Below, piece by piece: positions 49,578-59,105 of a stretch of DNA of 64,000 nucleotides. Both the position numbers and the translations under genes were made by a program. The stretch lies in contig CP046106.1 in NCBI GenBank assembly GCA_013343275.1, forward strand, positions 256,001 through 320,000, written 5' to 3'. Numbering within the stretch: position 1 is the stretch's first letter; every line of letters begins with the position of its first letter. The notes beneath the pieces are model-generated. The model did not search any database. It was not told the DNA's origin and saw nothing but the letters and a program-made list of their open reading frames with translations. Source of the stretch: Candidatus Nanohaloarchaea archaeon (GTDB lineage: Archaea; Nanohalarchaeota; Nanosalinia; Nanosalinales; Nanosalinaceae).

Positions 49578-50441
49578 CTAGAAATCTTCAGGCCTGTAAA
49601 CAACCTCTGAGCCGCTTTCAGCGACATCTATTTCATCCACAGGATCTATACCGTACTTGAGAAGGCCGTAAGCCCTGAACCTGTCTCTGGCCTTCTTGAA
49701 GTCGGCAACAACATCCTTGCCCTTGGCACCGCCAGAGGTAACGTTCTTCTCCTTGCTGGCCTCGTACTTGTTGTCCTTATTATTCAACGTAATCTCTCTC
49801 ATTACCTTGTCAAAACGGGACTTCAGGACATCTCTCTTGCCTTTATCGGCCTCAGAGTAGTTCCAGTCCTCCACCTGATCAGCTGCCCTGTTAAGAGCCC
49901 ATAGCTGCTGCTGGAAGTCAACTACCTTGTCAAACTTGGCCTTGTGCCTGGCAGGGTCAACGTCCACCCAGCCGTCCGTATCAGAGGAGTTCCTGTACTG
50001 AAGTTCGTCCTCAACAGTGTCGTACATCCATATAATGCCGTTACCGTCCTTTATGGCGGCCTGTCCCTGGTAGACACCGGCCAGGAAGTAGGTTAGCTCG
50101 TTGCCATCGTTCGACTCCAGGGTGACGCTGCCGTCCTGGTCAACACCAACCCTGTCAATACCGTGATAGCTATCGGTCATAACCGAGAAATCGTTCTCCA
50201 CCGAATCAAGGCCTGGCAGATTATCGAGCTCGAACTCGTCAGCGTTAACAAGTTCATATGCTGCTCCGTCATCGTCTTCCTCGCTGAACTCGTATACAAA
50301 ATCGCTGTCATCAACAGTTCTCTCCTCGACATCGCCCTCAAGGAGATCTTTGACCTCTGCCTCAAAATCTTCACGACTGTCCGGACGTTCATCTCCTTCC
50401 AGACGCGGTACAATAGATCTTTCAGCTCGTGCCGACATCAA
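49578..50441 (-). CDS. hypothetical protein
   Basis: 287-aa acidic ORF preceded by GGAGG. Confidence 0.65.
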   Translation of the reverse strand: MMSARAERSIVPRLEGDERPDSREDFEAEVKDLLEGDVEERTVDDSDFVYEFSEEDDDGAAYELVNADEFELDNLPGLDSVENDFSVMTDSYHGIDRVGVDQDGSVTLESNDGNELTYFLAGVYQGQAAIKDGNGIIWMYDTVEDELQYRNSSDTDGWVDVDPARHKAKFDKVVDFQQQLWALNRAADQVEDWNYSEADKGKRDVLKSRFDKVMREITLNNKDNKYEASKEKNVTSGGAKGKDVVADFKKARDRFRAYGLLKYGIDPVDEIDVAESGSEVVYRPEDF

Positions 50442-50647
50442 AACCCAGACCTCCTGATATGTTGTTACTCATCGATGATTAAATACTTTGTGATAGAGTA
50501 CATCGAAAATTAGTAAACCCTGTATTTAACAGTTAAGCAAGCTATACCCGTAGCCGAAAGGCGAAAAGCAAACACATATCTAAGGAGAAACAACTTATAC
50601 CGCCTTTTTAACTGTTCTACGTCAATAAATGTTGAGCAGCACGGATA

Positions 50648-50968
50648 ATGGATACAGAAACAGTAATTTTCGGGAAATGGGACAACCACGGCAACAGCAA
50701 GAACCTCAGGCTTTCAGCACAGAACAGCCAGAAAGTAGACGAAGAAGTAGAACTGGTCTTCAAACACGGCAACAAACACGTACGCACAGTAGACGACATC
50801 GCCACACTCAAGAAAGTAATACAGTTCACAGCTAACCAGAAAGTAGAAGGCCTCACAATCGAAAAAGCCCACAAAGCAGTCAAACTATACAACAGCTACC
50901 ACAGAATAGACATGAACCCGGAAGAAGCCATCAAAGGCTGGAAACTAGCTGATAAGATAAAAGACTAG
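50648..50968 (+). CDS. small hypothetical protein
   Basis: 106 aa, A/C-skewed coding strand, basic, unlike host proteins. Confidence 0.6.
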   Translation: MDTETVIFGKWDNHGNSKNLRLSAQNSQKVDEEVELVFKHGNKHVRTVDDIATLKKVIQFTANQKVEGLTIEKAHKAVKLYNSYHRIDMNPEEAIKGWKLADKIKD

Positions 50969-52317
50969 ATAGAGATTTTCTCAGAAATCAAATCCTCAAT
51001 ACTATCCTCTAACTTGGAGGCCTCCACAATTCTGATAGGGCCGTTCTGCTCTTCCAAGTTCTGAGTATCTCTGCCTTCTTCAAAGTCCTGGACCACGAGA
51101 AGGCCTGATTTCTCTCCGCCGAATACTTCCGGCTTATTCAGGAACTCATCTTCATCCCTCAGGAACGCCAGATATTCCAGGGCCTCTTTGATGCCTCTCT
51201 TGATGGTTTTCTCGTTGGTGGAGTTCTTGACCTCTGCGATGAAGTACTCTCTGTCCTCTGAATCTTTATCGATAATTTCGACCAGTATGACATCAGGCCT
51301 TCCTGTGACTTCTCTTGTATCTTTGTCAAAGTAGTCACTGATGATTTCACGGGACTTTAACTCTACTTCTTCAGGCCTTGAGTAAGGTTCATCGCTGTCT
51401 TTTTCAGGATCGAATTTGAACTCTATATCGAGATCTCGGGCGGAGCTGTCGTGGTATACTGCAATCTCTTTTTCCTCGCTTTCCATTGTGGCGATTCTCT
51501 GTGATCCGCTCTCGATGGTTGCCAGGTTGAAGTCCTCGGATTCTATATTATCTATAGTAGATATGAACCTGAACAGGACGAAGAGTTCGAGAAGGGTTTC
51601 CTCATCATCCGGTGTTATAGCAGTGTCATTGAGTAGTTCTGTGAGTTCATCCTCGTTGCCGTCAAATATCCTGTTTCGCTTGTTCAGTAAGCCGGCCGCT
51701 TCCCTGTAGATCTGCTGCCGGGAATTTTCCGCAGTGTTAAGCATTCTATTGGTTGGTTCGTACTGTTCTGGTTTGCTGATTCTCTTCACGTGGACGTCTC
51801 GCTCGAAAATTCTTTCCATTTCCTCCACGAGATCTTCCTCTTCCTTCCATCTATCGTTCACCCAGGCATAATCCCTCTCAAAGTATTCACGGGCCTCCTG
51901 CAAAGTCTCGTAAATTACCGAGAGCAATCTCTTTAGAACAATATTTTCATCTATGTCGTAATGCTCTGTCCTGTTATCTGTAACAAAAAGAGAGTTATCG
52001 CCGGGATTCCCGGAGTACCTCTCCTTGATGGTTGAAGACCAGTTAATCCTGCCCTCAACCGTCCCTCTCCTGGTCTTGGAGACGTTTTCCGTCTGTGTCT
52101 TGATGCTGCGAATCCTTTCCGGAAGTCTCTGGACAAATTCGACAACCTCAGGTTTCAGGATAAAATGCAGATCCATGAGAAGCTCGTAATCCTCGAATCT
52201 CTCATCGAGGCCTTCATGTTTCAGATCTGCCGCTAACTGATCCTCCGGAAACTCTCCATGCATCACATAGGATACAATATCATCCGTCAGGCCGTCAATC
52301 AGTTCAGTTTTCTTCAT
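50965..52317 (-). CDS. mcrC: McrC-like PD-(D/E)XK nuclease subunit
   Basis: GRINWSSTI, YDIDENIVLK, GRPDVIL...IAEVK; overlaps the mcrB-like gene. Confidence 0.8.
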   Translation of the reverse strand: MKKTELIDGLTDDIVSYVMHGEFPEDQLAADLKHEGLDERFEDYELLMDLHFILKPEVVEFVQRLPERIRSIKTQTENVSKTRRGTVEGRINWSSTIKERYSGNPGDNSLFVTDNRTEHYDIDENIVLKRLLSVIYETLQEAREYFERDYAWVNDRWKEEEDLVEEMERIFERDVHVKRISKPEQYEPTNRMLNTAENSRQQIYREAAGLLNKRNRIFDGNEDELTELLNDTAITPDDEETLLELFVLFRFISTIDNIESEDFNLATIESGSQRIATMESEEKEIAVYHDSSARDLDIEFKFDPEKDSDEPYSRPEEVELKSREIISDYFDKDTREVTGRPDVILVEIIDKDSEDREYFIAEVKNSTNEKTIKRGIKEALEYLAFLRDEDEFLNKPEVFGGEKSGLLVVQDFEEGRDTQNLEEQNGPIRIVEASKLEDSIEDLISEKISI

Positions 52318-54802
52318 CGAACTTTACCTGCAGCATGTCTCGAGCGACATTTCTCAACCTCGTCTCCTCAACGTGTTCGGATTTGGCAATCTCCTTCACG
52401 ATATCTCCATTATTCCTGACTCCCTCCAGCTGCGGGAATACAAAGTTCAACACTGCTTCTGTGCCAGAGGAGCCTTGAGCAACAAAGCTGAGCATATCCT
52501 CTGCGATTGCCGGGCCAATCTTTCTACCTTCAACTGCATTGTTGGTTCTCTCCCAGATATCGGCGACAGTATCAATATCCTCTCCATCTGCATTAATTTC
52601 CCATTTTTCATCGTAGCTGCGAAGTAGCTCATTATCGATATCTTCCGGAGCTTCTACACGAATAAAGGCAAATCTTCTCATGAAGGCATAACTCATCTCG
52701 TAGAGGGAAGTTTTGTCGTACGAGTTCATCGTCGCCAGAATCTTCCAGGACTCGGGAACAACGTACTGATTTTCATCAGGCCGCTCTGAAGCATCTTCAT
52801 GCTTACCTGGAATAACCTCGATCTCCTCACCGTTATCAGCTGTGTAAGGCAGCTGGACCTTCTGACCGGAAAGAACCGTGAAAAGCTGTCCAAAGGCCTT
52901 GTCGATATCTGAACGATTGATCTCATCAACCACAAGCAACTCGTTTTTCAGAGCTCTCTCATCATCCTTGAACCTCTTCAGAATCTGACCAGAGTTAAAC
53001 TCGAGATCGCCATCACCTTCCTTCTCAGGCATAAAACCTCCAACAGTATCAAAAGTCGACCAGTCAGCAGTAGCAGTAGTCAACTGATGACCTGTGAAGA
53101 AATCCGTACCCTCTAGTTCCTCGGCAACAGCCTCGGCAATCTCGGTCTTGCCTGTGCCCGGAGGCCCTGTAAAGATAATATGCTTACCCGAGTTAAGCGC
53201 AGCCTCAACCTGCGAAACAATACTCTCTCCCTGCCCATCAGGATAGTAAAGGCCTCTCTCCTCGAGAATGTTTTCTGGGAGATCGATGTCAAGCTTATCT
53301 TCTATCTCAATATCAGTGCTGTGAATCCTGTCAGCGCTCTTACCACTGATAGCTTTAATCTGAGAATCATCTTCTGAACTGTAATCCAGGAAATCTGTCT
53401 CAGGACTTGCAGGCCCTGTCTTTTTCTCCTGCAGGAATTTTCTGACGCTGCCATACCTGTCTCTGATGCTACTAATCCCCTGATCATTCAGGGACTGGAA
53501 ACCCATGAGATTGTAGTTATCGGAGTAGTCTGCCAGATCATTGATTTCGTCCTGTGACAGATCCATCTTGAACGGTTCCTTCAGGTAGATAATATACTTC
53601 CACGGATCACCGTCATCGTCTGGCCATAGCTCTTTTGCAAGTTCAGTATTTGTCTCAGTATCAATAATTTCAGCACCGTAGATGTACTCTCCCTGCCTGT
53701 AGAAGAGCAGGAAATCTCCTGCTTCAATCTTCTTCCAGCTGGACTTGGTTCCCTCACGGTTACCCCATACAGAAACCACGTCATGATCAAAACTCCGATC
53801 AGAGGACTCATTAACCTTTTCAGTCGGAACACGCCGTATAACAGTATCTCTCAAATGTGCGTATGCATCATCATTGCTGCATGGAGCAAGGAAAAGCTGA
53901 GGTTCGTCTTTTTCTGAATAATTTACCTCGTTTTTCACGGAATCACCTGCATTATCTAGAAATAGACTTGATATCTCAGCTATATCTCTTTCCAGCTCGT
54001 CCTCATCCATAGAGCCTGCCTGATATTCTTTGTAATAAACTGTCGCAGGACCGTATTTTTCACCTATTCCACTAGCATCTAATTTGATTGGACCAGGCTT
54101 GAAATCCTCGAGATCATATTTTTCTCTTAACTCTGCACCTTTTTCTTTGAGATCAGAATTATTTCTATTTCCCTGAGCATTTTCTCTTTTGACTCTCTGA
54201 TTTAGAGTGAGATATACTTTATCCTCTTGAGGATCAATTAGAAAAACTGGATTTGTGCCATGTTCTAGGGTCTCGCCATCTCTATTTCTTATACTGATCC
54301 ATGGTATACTCGACCAATTACCTTGACCAGCCGACCCTTCAGTTTCAACGTCGAAACTATTGTAATCAGATGAAACTCTGTTAGCGATATGTTTTAGTAG
54401 TGCAGGACCTTTTTCCTCTATAAGTTTGTAAACTTCTTTCTCGCTATTTAATTTTCCTAAATCTTGGACATCATATTTACTAAGGATTTCTTCTAAGGTG
54501 TCTACGAAAAGCGATGTTGAATAATCTCGTACGTTAAAAAGCTGTATATCCAGATTTTTCAGAAATCTCTCAGCGTCATTTGTCGTGAAATCGCTTTTGG
54601 AGAAGCCTTCACTCTCTATCTTCTCAATATTCTCGAAAACGTCCTTTACAGGTTTCCTTTCTCCATTTAATTCGATGTAATGCCATGGAGAATAATTATA
54701 TTCACTAAATTCGGCCTTGGTTTCGTTAAAAGCATTTTCGACATCTTCAACTGTTATCGTTAACTCGACACCATTAATAGAGCTAGTAAACTCATCCGCC
54801 AT
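52304..54802 (-). CDS. mcrB: McrB-like AAA+ NTPase with three N-terminal reader domains
   Basis: GPPGTGKT, VVDEINR, MNSYD signature, AFMRRF; DUF3578-like GSAGQGNW..PWI; EVE-like WG...GD.LLFY. Confidence 0.88.
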   Translation of the reverse strand: MADEFTSSINGVELTITVEDVENAFNETKAEFSEYNYSPWHYIELNGERKPVKDVFENIEKIESEGFSKSDFTTNDAERFLKNLDIQLFNVRDYSTSLFVDTLEEILSKYDVQDLGKLNSEKEVYKLIEEKGPALLKHIANRVSSDYNSFDVETEGSAGQGNWSSIPWISIRNRDGETLEHGTNPVFLIDPQEDKVYLTLNQRVKRENAQGNRNNSDLKEKGAELREKYDLEDFKPGPIKLDASGIGEKYGPATVYYKEYQAGSMDEDELERDIAEISSLFLDNAGDSVKNEVNYSEKDEPQLFLAPCSNDDAYAHLRDTVIRRVPTEKVNESSDRSFDHDVVSVWGNREGTKSSWKKIEAGDFLLFYRQGEYIYGAEIIDTETNTELAKELWPDDDGDPWKYIIYLKEPFKMDLSQDEINDLADYSDNYNLMGFQSLNDQGISSIRDRYGSVRKFLQEKKTGPASPETDFLDYSSEDDSQIKAISGKSADRIHSTDIEIEDKLDIDLPENILEERGLYYPDGQGESIVSQVEAALNSGKHIIFTGPPGTGKTEIAEAVAEELEGTDFFTGHQLTTATADWSTFDTVGGFMPEKEGDGDLEFNSGQILKRFKDDERALKNELLVVDEINRSDIDKAFGQLFTVLSGQKVQLPYTADNGEEIEVIPGKHEDASERPDENQYVVPESWKILATMNSYDKTSLYEMSYAFMRRFAFIRVEAPEDIDNELLRSYDEKWEINADGEDIDTVADIWERTNNAVEGRKIGPAIAEDMLSFVAQGSSGTEAVLNFVFPQLEGVRNNGDIVKEIAKSEHVEETRLRNVARDMLQVKFDEEN

Positions 54803-54844
54803 AGGATCGTATTGATTACCACAGTTAAGAATTTGTTGAAACGT

Positions 54845-55201
54845 TTAGGATCTCCATTCCTCAAGGCCTTCAGTTATTTCCTCTGCTGTTTCTTCATCAA
54901 ATCTTTCCCTGTTTTCGTCCAGCTTCTCCAGAACTGCCTCTTCAATATCTATGTCCAGTCGCTGGGCCATGCTCAGGGAGTACAGGATTACATCTGCCAG
55001 CTCCTCTCTAACTCCAGCCATTAATTCCTCGTCCTGTTTGATTTTCTTGACAGGTACATTGTCTTTCCACTGGAAGTGCTCCATCAGTTCTGAGGCCTCT
55101 ATGGAAATCGACATGGCGATGTTCTTCGGTTCATGGAACTTCTCCCAGTCACGTTTCTCCTTGAACTCTGCGTATTCCTCCTGAAGTCTGTCAATTCCCA
55201 T
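54845..55201 (-). CDS. MazG-like nucleotide pyrophosphohydrolase (dCTPase type)
   Basis: RDWEKFH.PKN...EASELME.FQW, EELADV. Confidence 0.93.
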   Translation of the reverse strand: MGIDRLQEEYAEFKEKRDWEKFHEPKNIAMSISIEASELMEHFQWKDNVPVKKIKQDEELMAGVREELADVILYSLSMAQRLDIDIEEAVLEKLDENRERFDEETAEEITEGLEEWRS

Positions 55202-55351
55202 ATCTCATTCTTGGTTTCAACTCTTTACTGTTTTACGGAAATCTGGCCAAGATCTGAAAAACTTTCCGAAGTTGTTTGATATGTAGGGATCGAGGTGCAA
55301 GAAGGATTACTGGATGATAGGGTAGAAAGCGGAGAGTATCTAATACTATTT

Positions 55352-56152
55352 TTATGAGAATCTGTCGATGCTTTTCTGCTTTTTAGGGAGCTTGTCTCCC
55401 TTTACGAATCTGTATGCTCTTTCCAGCCAGTAGAGATCTTCTGAAAACTCAAGGTTATCTTCTTTTCTTTGCAGATATTTCACTCTGACACTGAAGGATA
55501 GATATGGCATCAGCATTCCCTGGCTGGGGTTTATCTGCAGCATGACCTCGATATCTACAGGATATCCAGAATGTCTATCTGAATAGTCTAGTTTCAGAAG
55601 TTGTTGTTCTACATCGTAGTTTTTGTCAATGTCTTCTCTTATGTTCTCCATCACACTCGAGTAGGATAGCTTGTCAATCTCTACAGAGCCATTGTTTTTG
55701 TTGTCCTGTAGGCGGACAATTTGCGTTTGTATTCCTTGTTCTTCTGCAAGTTCTTCTCTGTTTGATAGTTTATTCTCTGAGAATCGGAATATGTCATAGT
55801 CGAAAGGTGTTTCATCTTCAAACAGTTCTGTGAATAAGTCTTGGACGGATTTTATTTTGAAAGTTCTATCTCTGGCTATTAGTATTACATTATCCTCAGG
55901 CACTGGCTTGAATAGAAATGTGCTCTTAGTCTTTCTTTCCGTCTCTGAGTCTTCATCTACTCCTAGCATTCTGTTGTATCGTGAAGTTGGTCTAGTTGTT
56001 TTCTTTATCCATGTTAGCGTGAAGCAGTCGTCTTCTTTCTCATTCAAATAGAAGTTATCCTCTTTTTCTTCTGCCTCTCTCTTTATTGAGGACAGCATAC
56101 TATCTATTTCTTCAGTCTTTACTGGAACGGAGTATACATTCAAGCGTTTCAT
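55352..56152 (-). CDS. hypothetical protein with C-terminal PIP-box-like motif
   Basis: 266 aa, AT-rich, ends QKSIDRFS, ATGA-coupled to the upstream gene. Confidence 0.7.
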   Translation of the reverse strand: MKRLNVYSVPVKTEEIDSMLSSIKREAEEKEDNFYLNEKEDDCFTLTWIKKTTRPTSRYNRMLGVDEDSETERKTKSTFLFKPVPEDNVILIARDRTFKIKSVQDLFTELFEDETPFDYDIFRFSENKLSNREELAEEQGIQTQIVRLQDNKNNGSVEIDKLSYSSVMENIREDIDKNYDVEQQLLKLDYSDRHSGYPVDIEVMLQINPSQGMLMPYLSFSVRVKYLQRKEDNLEFSEDLYWLERAYRFVKGDKLPKKQKSIDRFS

Positions 56153-57090
56153 TGGGTTGAGAACAAGTATGATTCTACTAACAGTTTTTGGAACGGATTT
56201 TGTAGCCTGTATTTCACTTTTCTGCCCTCTTGTTTTTTACTTATCAGTTCTAAATCTCTTAATTTTGATAAATGTGTCGAGACTGTAGATCTTTTGAGCT
56301 CACTATTGTAGGTAGAATTAATCATTTCTGATATAGTTGGCGCATCAAAGCTTGTTACTCTGTATCTACCAAAATTATTCCTCCACCCTGATGTTAACAC
56401 TTCTAAGATGTTTTCTCTGGTTTCAGATACCTCATCTAAGTCTACTAGGTTATATTCCTTGAAAAATTCTTCTGGCGTATAAATTGATTCCTTTATGATT
56501 TTCTTCAACAGCGGATTATAGTAAAAATGTTTATCTTCCAAGGTTTTTGGCGAGCTAATTACCTCTTCGGCATATTTTTCTAAGTAGAATTGGTGCCCAA
56601 ATTTCAGTCCTAAAAATTCCGAGTAATTCCAGGACTGTAGAATTTTATTTTCCTTGCCGGAGAAATTTTCTATGAGATCTAATACCTTGGTTAGTTCCTC
56701 TTTCCTGAGCAATGAGCAATTCATAATTACGAAGAAGTCGAATTCCTCTTCTCTTTCGAGAATGTTTTCTGGATAGATGATGAAATCTGAGTCTTTAGGC
56801 AAGTTATCGCTACCCTCTTCATTGCGTTTAATTAGTTTCAAGTCGATAAATCCTGCTTTCTCGCCTTCAAGCGCTTCAGAGATTGCTTTATTTTTTCCAA
56901 AACCTTCTGGAGCTGTTATGATGCTCTTTCTGCCACTTTCCAGAGAAGCAATCATCTTTTTTCTGAAAAGCTCTATTTCTTCCTCGTGAAAGTCAGCAGT
57001 GTAGCTATTGTCATAGAATTTCTCCGCATTTTGAGGCACACCATCACTGATCTTGGTATCCAATGCCTCGTAGTCTGTACCGGGTGGCAT
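56149..57090 (-). CDS. degenerate P-loop domain fused to a winged-HTH (putative regulator)
   Basis: SIITAPEGFGKN Walker-A-like; RSTVSTHLSKLRDLELISKKQEGRKVKYRL ArsR-type wHTH. Confidence 0.7.
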   Translation of the reverse strand: MPPGTDYEALDTKISDGVPQNAEKFYDNSYTADFHEEEIELFRKKMIASLESGRKSIITAPEGFGKNKAISEALEGEKAGFIDLKLIKRNEEGSDNLPKDSDFIIYPENILEREEEFDFFVIMNCSLLRKEELTKVLDLIENFSGKENKILQSWNYSEFLGLKFGHQFYLEKYAEEVISSPKTLEDKHFYYNPLLKKIIKESIYTPEEFFKEYNLVDLDEVSETRENILEVLTSGWRNNFGRYRVTSFDAPTISEMINSTYNSELKRSTVSTHLSKLRDLELISKKQEGRKVKYRLQNPFQKLLVESYLFSTQ

Positions 57091-57125
57091 CTGAAATTAA
57101 TTTATCCCCTCTAGTTTAAAATCTT

Positions 57126-57161
57126 TTAGTCAGATTAGCCAACTTAGTCAGATAAATCTGA
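57126..57161. promoter_or_regulatory. candidate operator in the divergent promoter
   Basis: TTAGTCAGAT direct repeat (57126 and 57144) and palindrome TCAGAT-AA-ATCTGA (57148-57161). Confidence 0.55.
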
Positions 57162-57218
57162 TTTCCAAAAAGTTTTTAAATAGAAAGGAGTAGTTAGTTG
57201 GTAGGGGCGGAGGAGAAG

Positions 57219-58043
57219 ATGAAATCACGAGACAAAAAAGTTGAAGGAGTTGTCCGTAGAGTACAACCTCAAACTAAGCATGAGGAGTTCATGAGGCACG
57301 GAAACAATCAAGATACAGTCATGATGAAGATTCCTGATGTTGAAACTTTATTGAATGCTAGAGGTCAAACCAGAAAGAGGTATTTCCCTGGTAAATATAC
57401 TGTGATAAGCAGCGGCATAATCAACGATGAGGATCTATCAAAGCTGAGATGGACTCGAGAACTTCTAGCTGTGAAATGTTTCGGCCCTGAGTACCATATT
57501 CCGATAGATTATCCATACTATGGAGACATGCCTGAGAAGGAGAGAAAAGCTAATCTTCGAAAGATGATGAGCGGCGCCAAGTGGATGGCACAACAACTTA
57601 GTAATACAGAAACGGAAATCATCCCTCTGATTAAAGGATACTCCCCTGAAGAGCGTTCGATCTGCTATGAAGCTATTCGTAAAATCAAACCAGAGTACTG
57701 TGCAATATATGGTTCTCAGTACTTCGGGGGTTCGATGGGTAATGGCATCAATAAGCTAAACCGGCACATTAGAGAGATTATATCAGAAGTAGGTATAGAA
57801 AACATCTTACTTATCGGTCCACAGTACAAGAATGGCGTGGAAAAACTCCCTCCAGAAGTGAAAGCGACTGCCGGCCAAAGAAGCTGGATAAAAAAGTCAA
57901 AATTAAGGGAAGTTCCGATTCCTGTAGCTCACAGCAGGTATCTAGACTGGAGGTCTGAAATAGAATCAGCTTTAGGTCAAGGACAGGCAACGATAAAATC
58001 AGCAATTAGACAGAGTAGCAAGGTGGCCGCCCCTGGGAGCTAG
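57219..58043 (+). CDS. TGT-like TIM-barrel protein (Cap10-like CBASS ancillary candidate)
   Basis: IPIDYP, IIPLIKG and ILLIG echo the TGT strands (xxLDxP, xxPVxQG, xHxLG); ATG follows GGAGGAG; first gene of the CD-NTase operon. Confidence 0.55.
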   Translation: MKSRDKKVEGVVRRVQPQTKHEEFMRHGNNQDTVMMKIPDVETLLNARGQTRKRYFPGKYTVISSGIINDEDLSKLRWTRELLAVKCFGPEYHIPIDYPYYGDMPEKERKANLRKMMSGAKWMAQQLSNTETEIIPLIKGYSPEERSICYEAIRKIKPEYCAIYGSQYFGGSMGNGINKLNRHIREIISEVGIENILLIGPQYKNGVEKLPPEVKATAGQRSWIKKSKLREVPIPVAHSRYLDWRSEIESALGQGQATIKSAIRQSSKVAAPGS

Positions 58044-58065
58044 AAGCAGTGAACCTGATGATAAT

Positions 58066-59103
58066 GTGAGACCTAGTAGTGGAGGTAGGCCTCCAGTTGA
58101 TCAGTCACAAACTAGTGTACCAGATCACCAGGATGAAGAAAGAGAACTGGACGAGTCGCATCGCGACTACACAGAAGACGCACAGATTACAGATAGGCAG
58201 AAAAAGGAAATGCATGAAAGACGTGAAAGAGTGGTACAGCATCTTAAGGAAGGAGGCCTACAGATTGAAGATGATCATATTTTTGGTTCTGTAATGCAAG
58301 GGACTATGACAGGACCTCTAGATCAAGATTCTGATGTTGATGTGATGATCGTTCTTGACGCAGATGAACATCGAGAATGGGCTGAAAGCGAAAACGGTCC
58401 TAGAAATGCTTTGAAAGCTGTAAAGAGGCGTCTTGAAAAGAAATATCCTAATCAAGAAGTAAATGTAGACAGAAATGTTGTGGCTGTGAAGTTCAGCGAT
58501 TTTACTGTAGAAGTAGCTCCAGCATTCAGGTATAGTGATGTTCGTGATCCAGAGCATCCATCAGATCCTGTAACGTTGGGAGGTATGGAATTTCCTGCGA
58601 GACCAATAGATGCTGATGATCCTGAGAAAGATGGTTATGTCATTCCCGATACCTATGGAGAAACTAAATGGACGGGGACAAACCCCAGGAAATTTCAGAG
58701 TATGTATAATGCTGTTAATAGAAACCACGGCGGCGATTTACAGAGAGTTGCAGTAGCAGCAAAGAAAGTTAACGAGCAGAACGGCAACCACATCAGCTCC
58801 TACCACGCAGTAATGATGGCTTACAAGTATTTCGAAAAAGATGCTCCTCCCAATGCATCAACGCAGCAGCATATGAACAATTTCTTTAGGAATCTACCCC
58901 GTTATTTGGATGAAGAAACACGAGAACCAGTATATCAGGAAAGACTGGATAAGGGTTTAGATGAAGAGGAGAGAAGAAAAGCGATAAAGATGGCTTACCA
59001 AAAGAGCAGTAAAATTGAAGAAGCTGAGCGATTACAGAAGGAAGGTAAATATGAGAAGGCAAAAGAAAAGTATGAAGAGGTCTATGGAAATGAATTCAAC
59101 TAG
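58066..59103 (+). CDS. CD-NTase (cGAS/DncV-like, SMODS) nucleotidyltransferase
   Basis: FGS...GT...SDVDV, VEVAPAF, YVIPD, W..TNP, ISSY; possible upstream CTG start at 58033. Confidence 0.9.
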   Translation: MRPSSGGRPPVDQSQTSVPDHQDEERELDESHRDYTEDAQITDRQKKEMHERRERVVQHLKEGGLQIEDDHIFGSVMQGTMTGPLDQDSDVDVMIVLDADEHREWAESENGPRNALKAVKRRLEKKYPNQEVNVDRNVVAVKFSDFTVEVAPAFRYSDVRDPEHPSDPVTLGGMEFPARPIDADDPEKDGYVIPDTYGETKWTGTNPRKFQSMYNAVNRNHGGDLQRVAVAAKKVNEQNGNHISSYHAVMMAYKYFEKDAPPNASTQQHMNNFFRNLPRYLDEETREPVYQERLDKGLDEEERRKAIKMAYQKSSKIEEAERLQKEGKYEKAKEKYEEVYGNEFN

Positions 59104-59105
59104 AG

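Noticed and set aside
50541-50570. Hammerhead ribozyme (GCCGAAAGGC-GAAA resembles stem II)
   Set aside because: The CUGANGA core is absent
55212-55224. CRISPR repeat (GTTTCAA/TTGAAAC ends)
   Set aside because: Isolated copies in opposite orientation; no spaced array and no cas genes in the window
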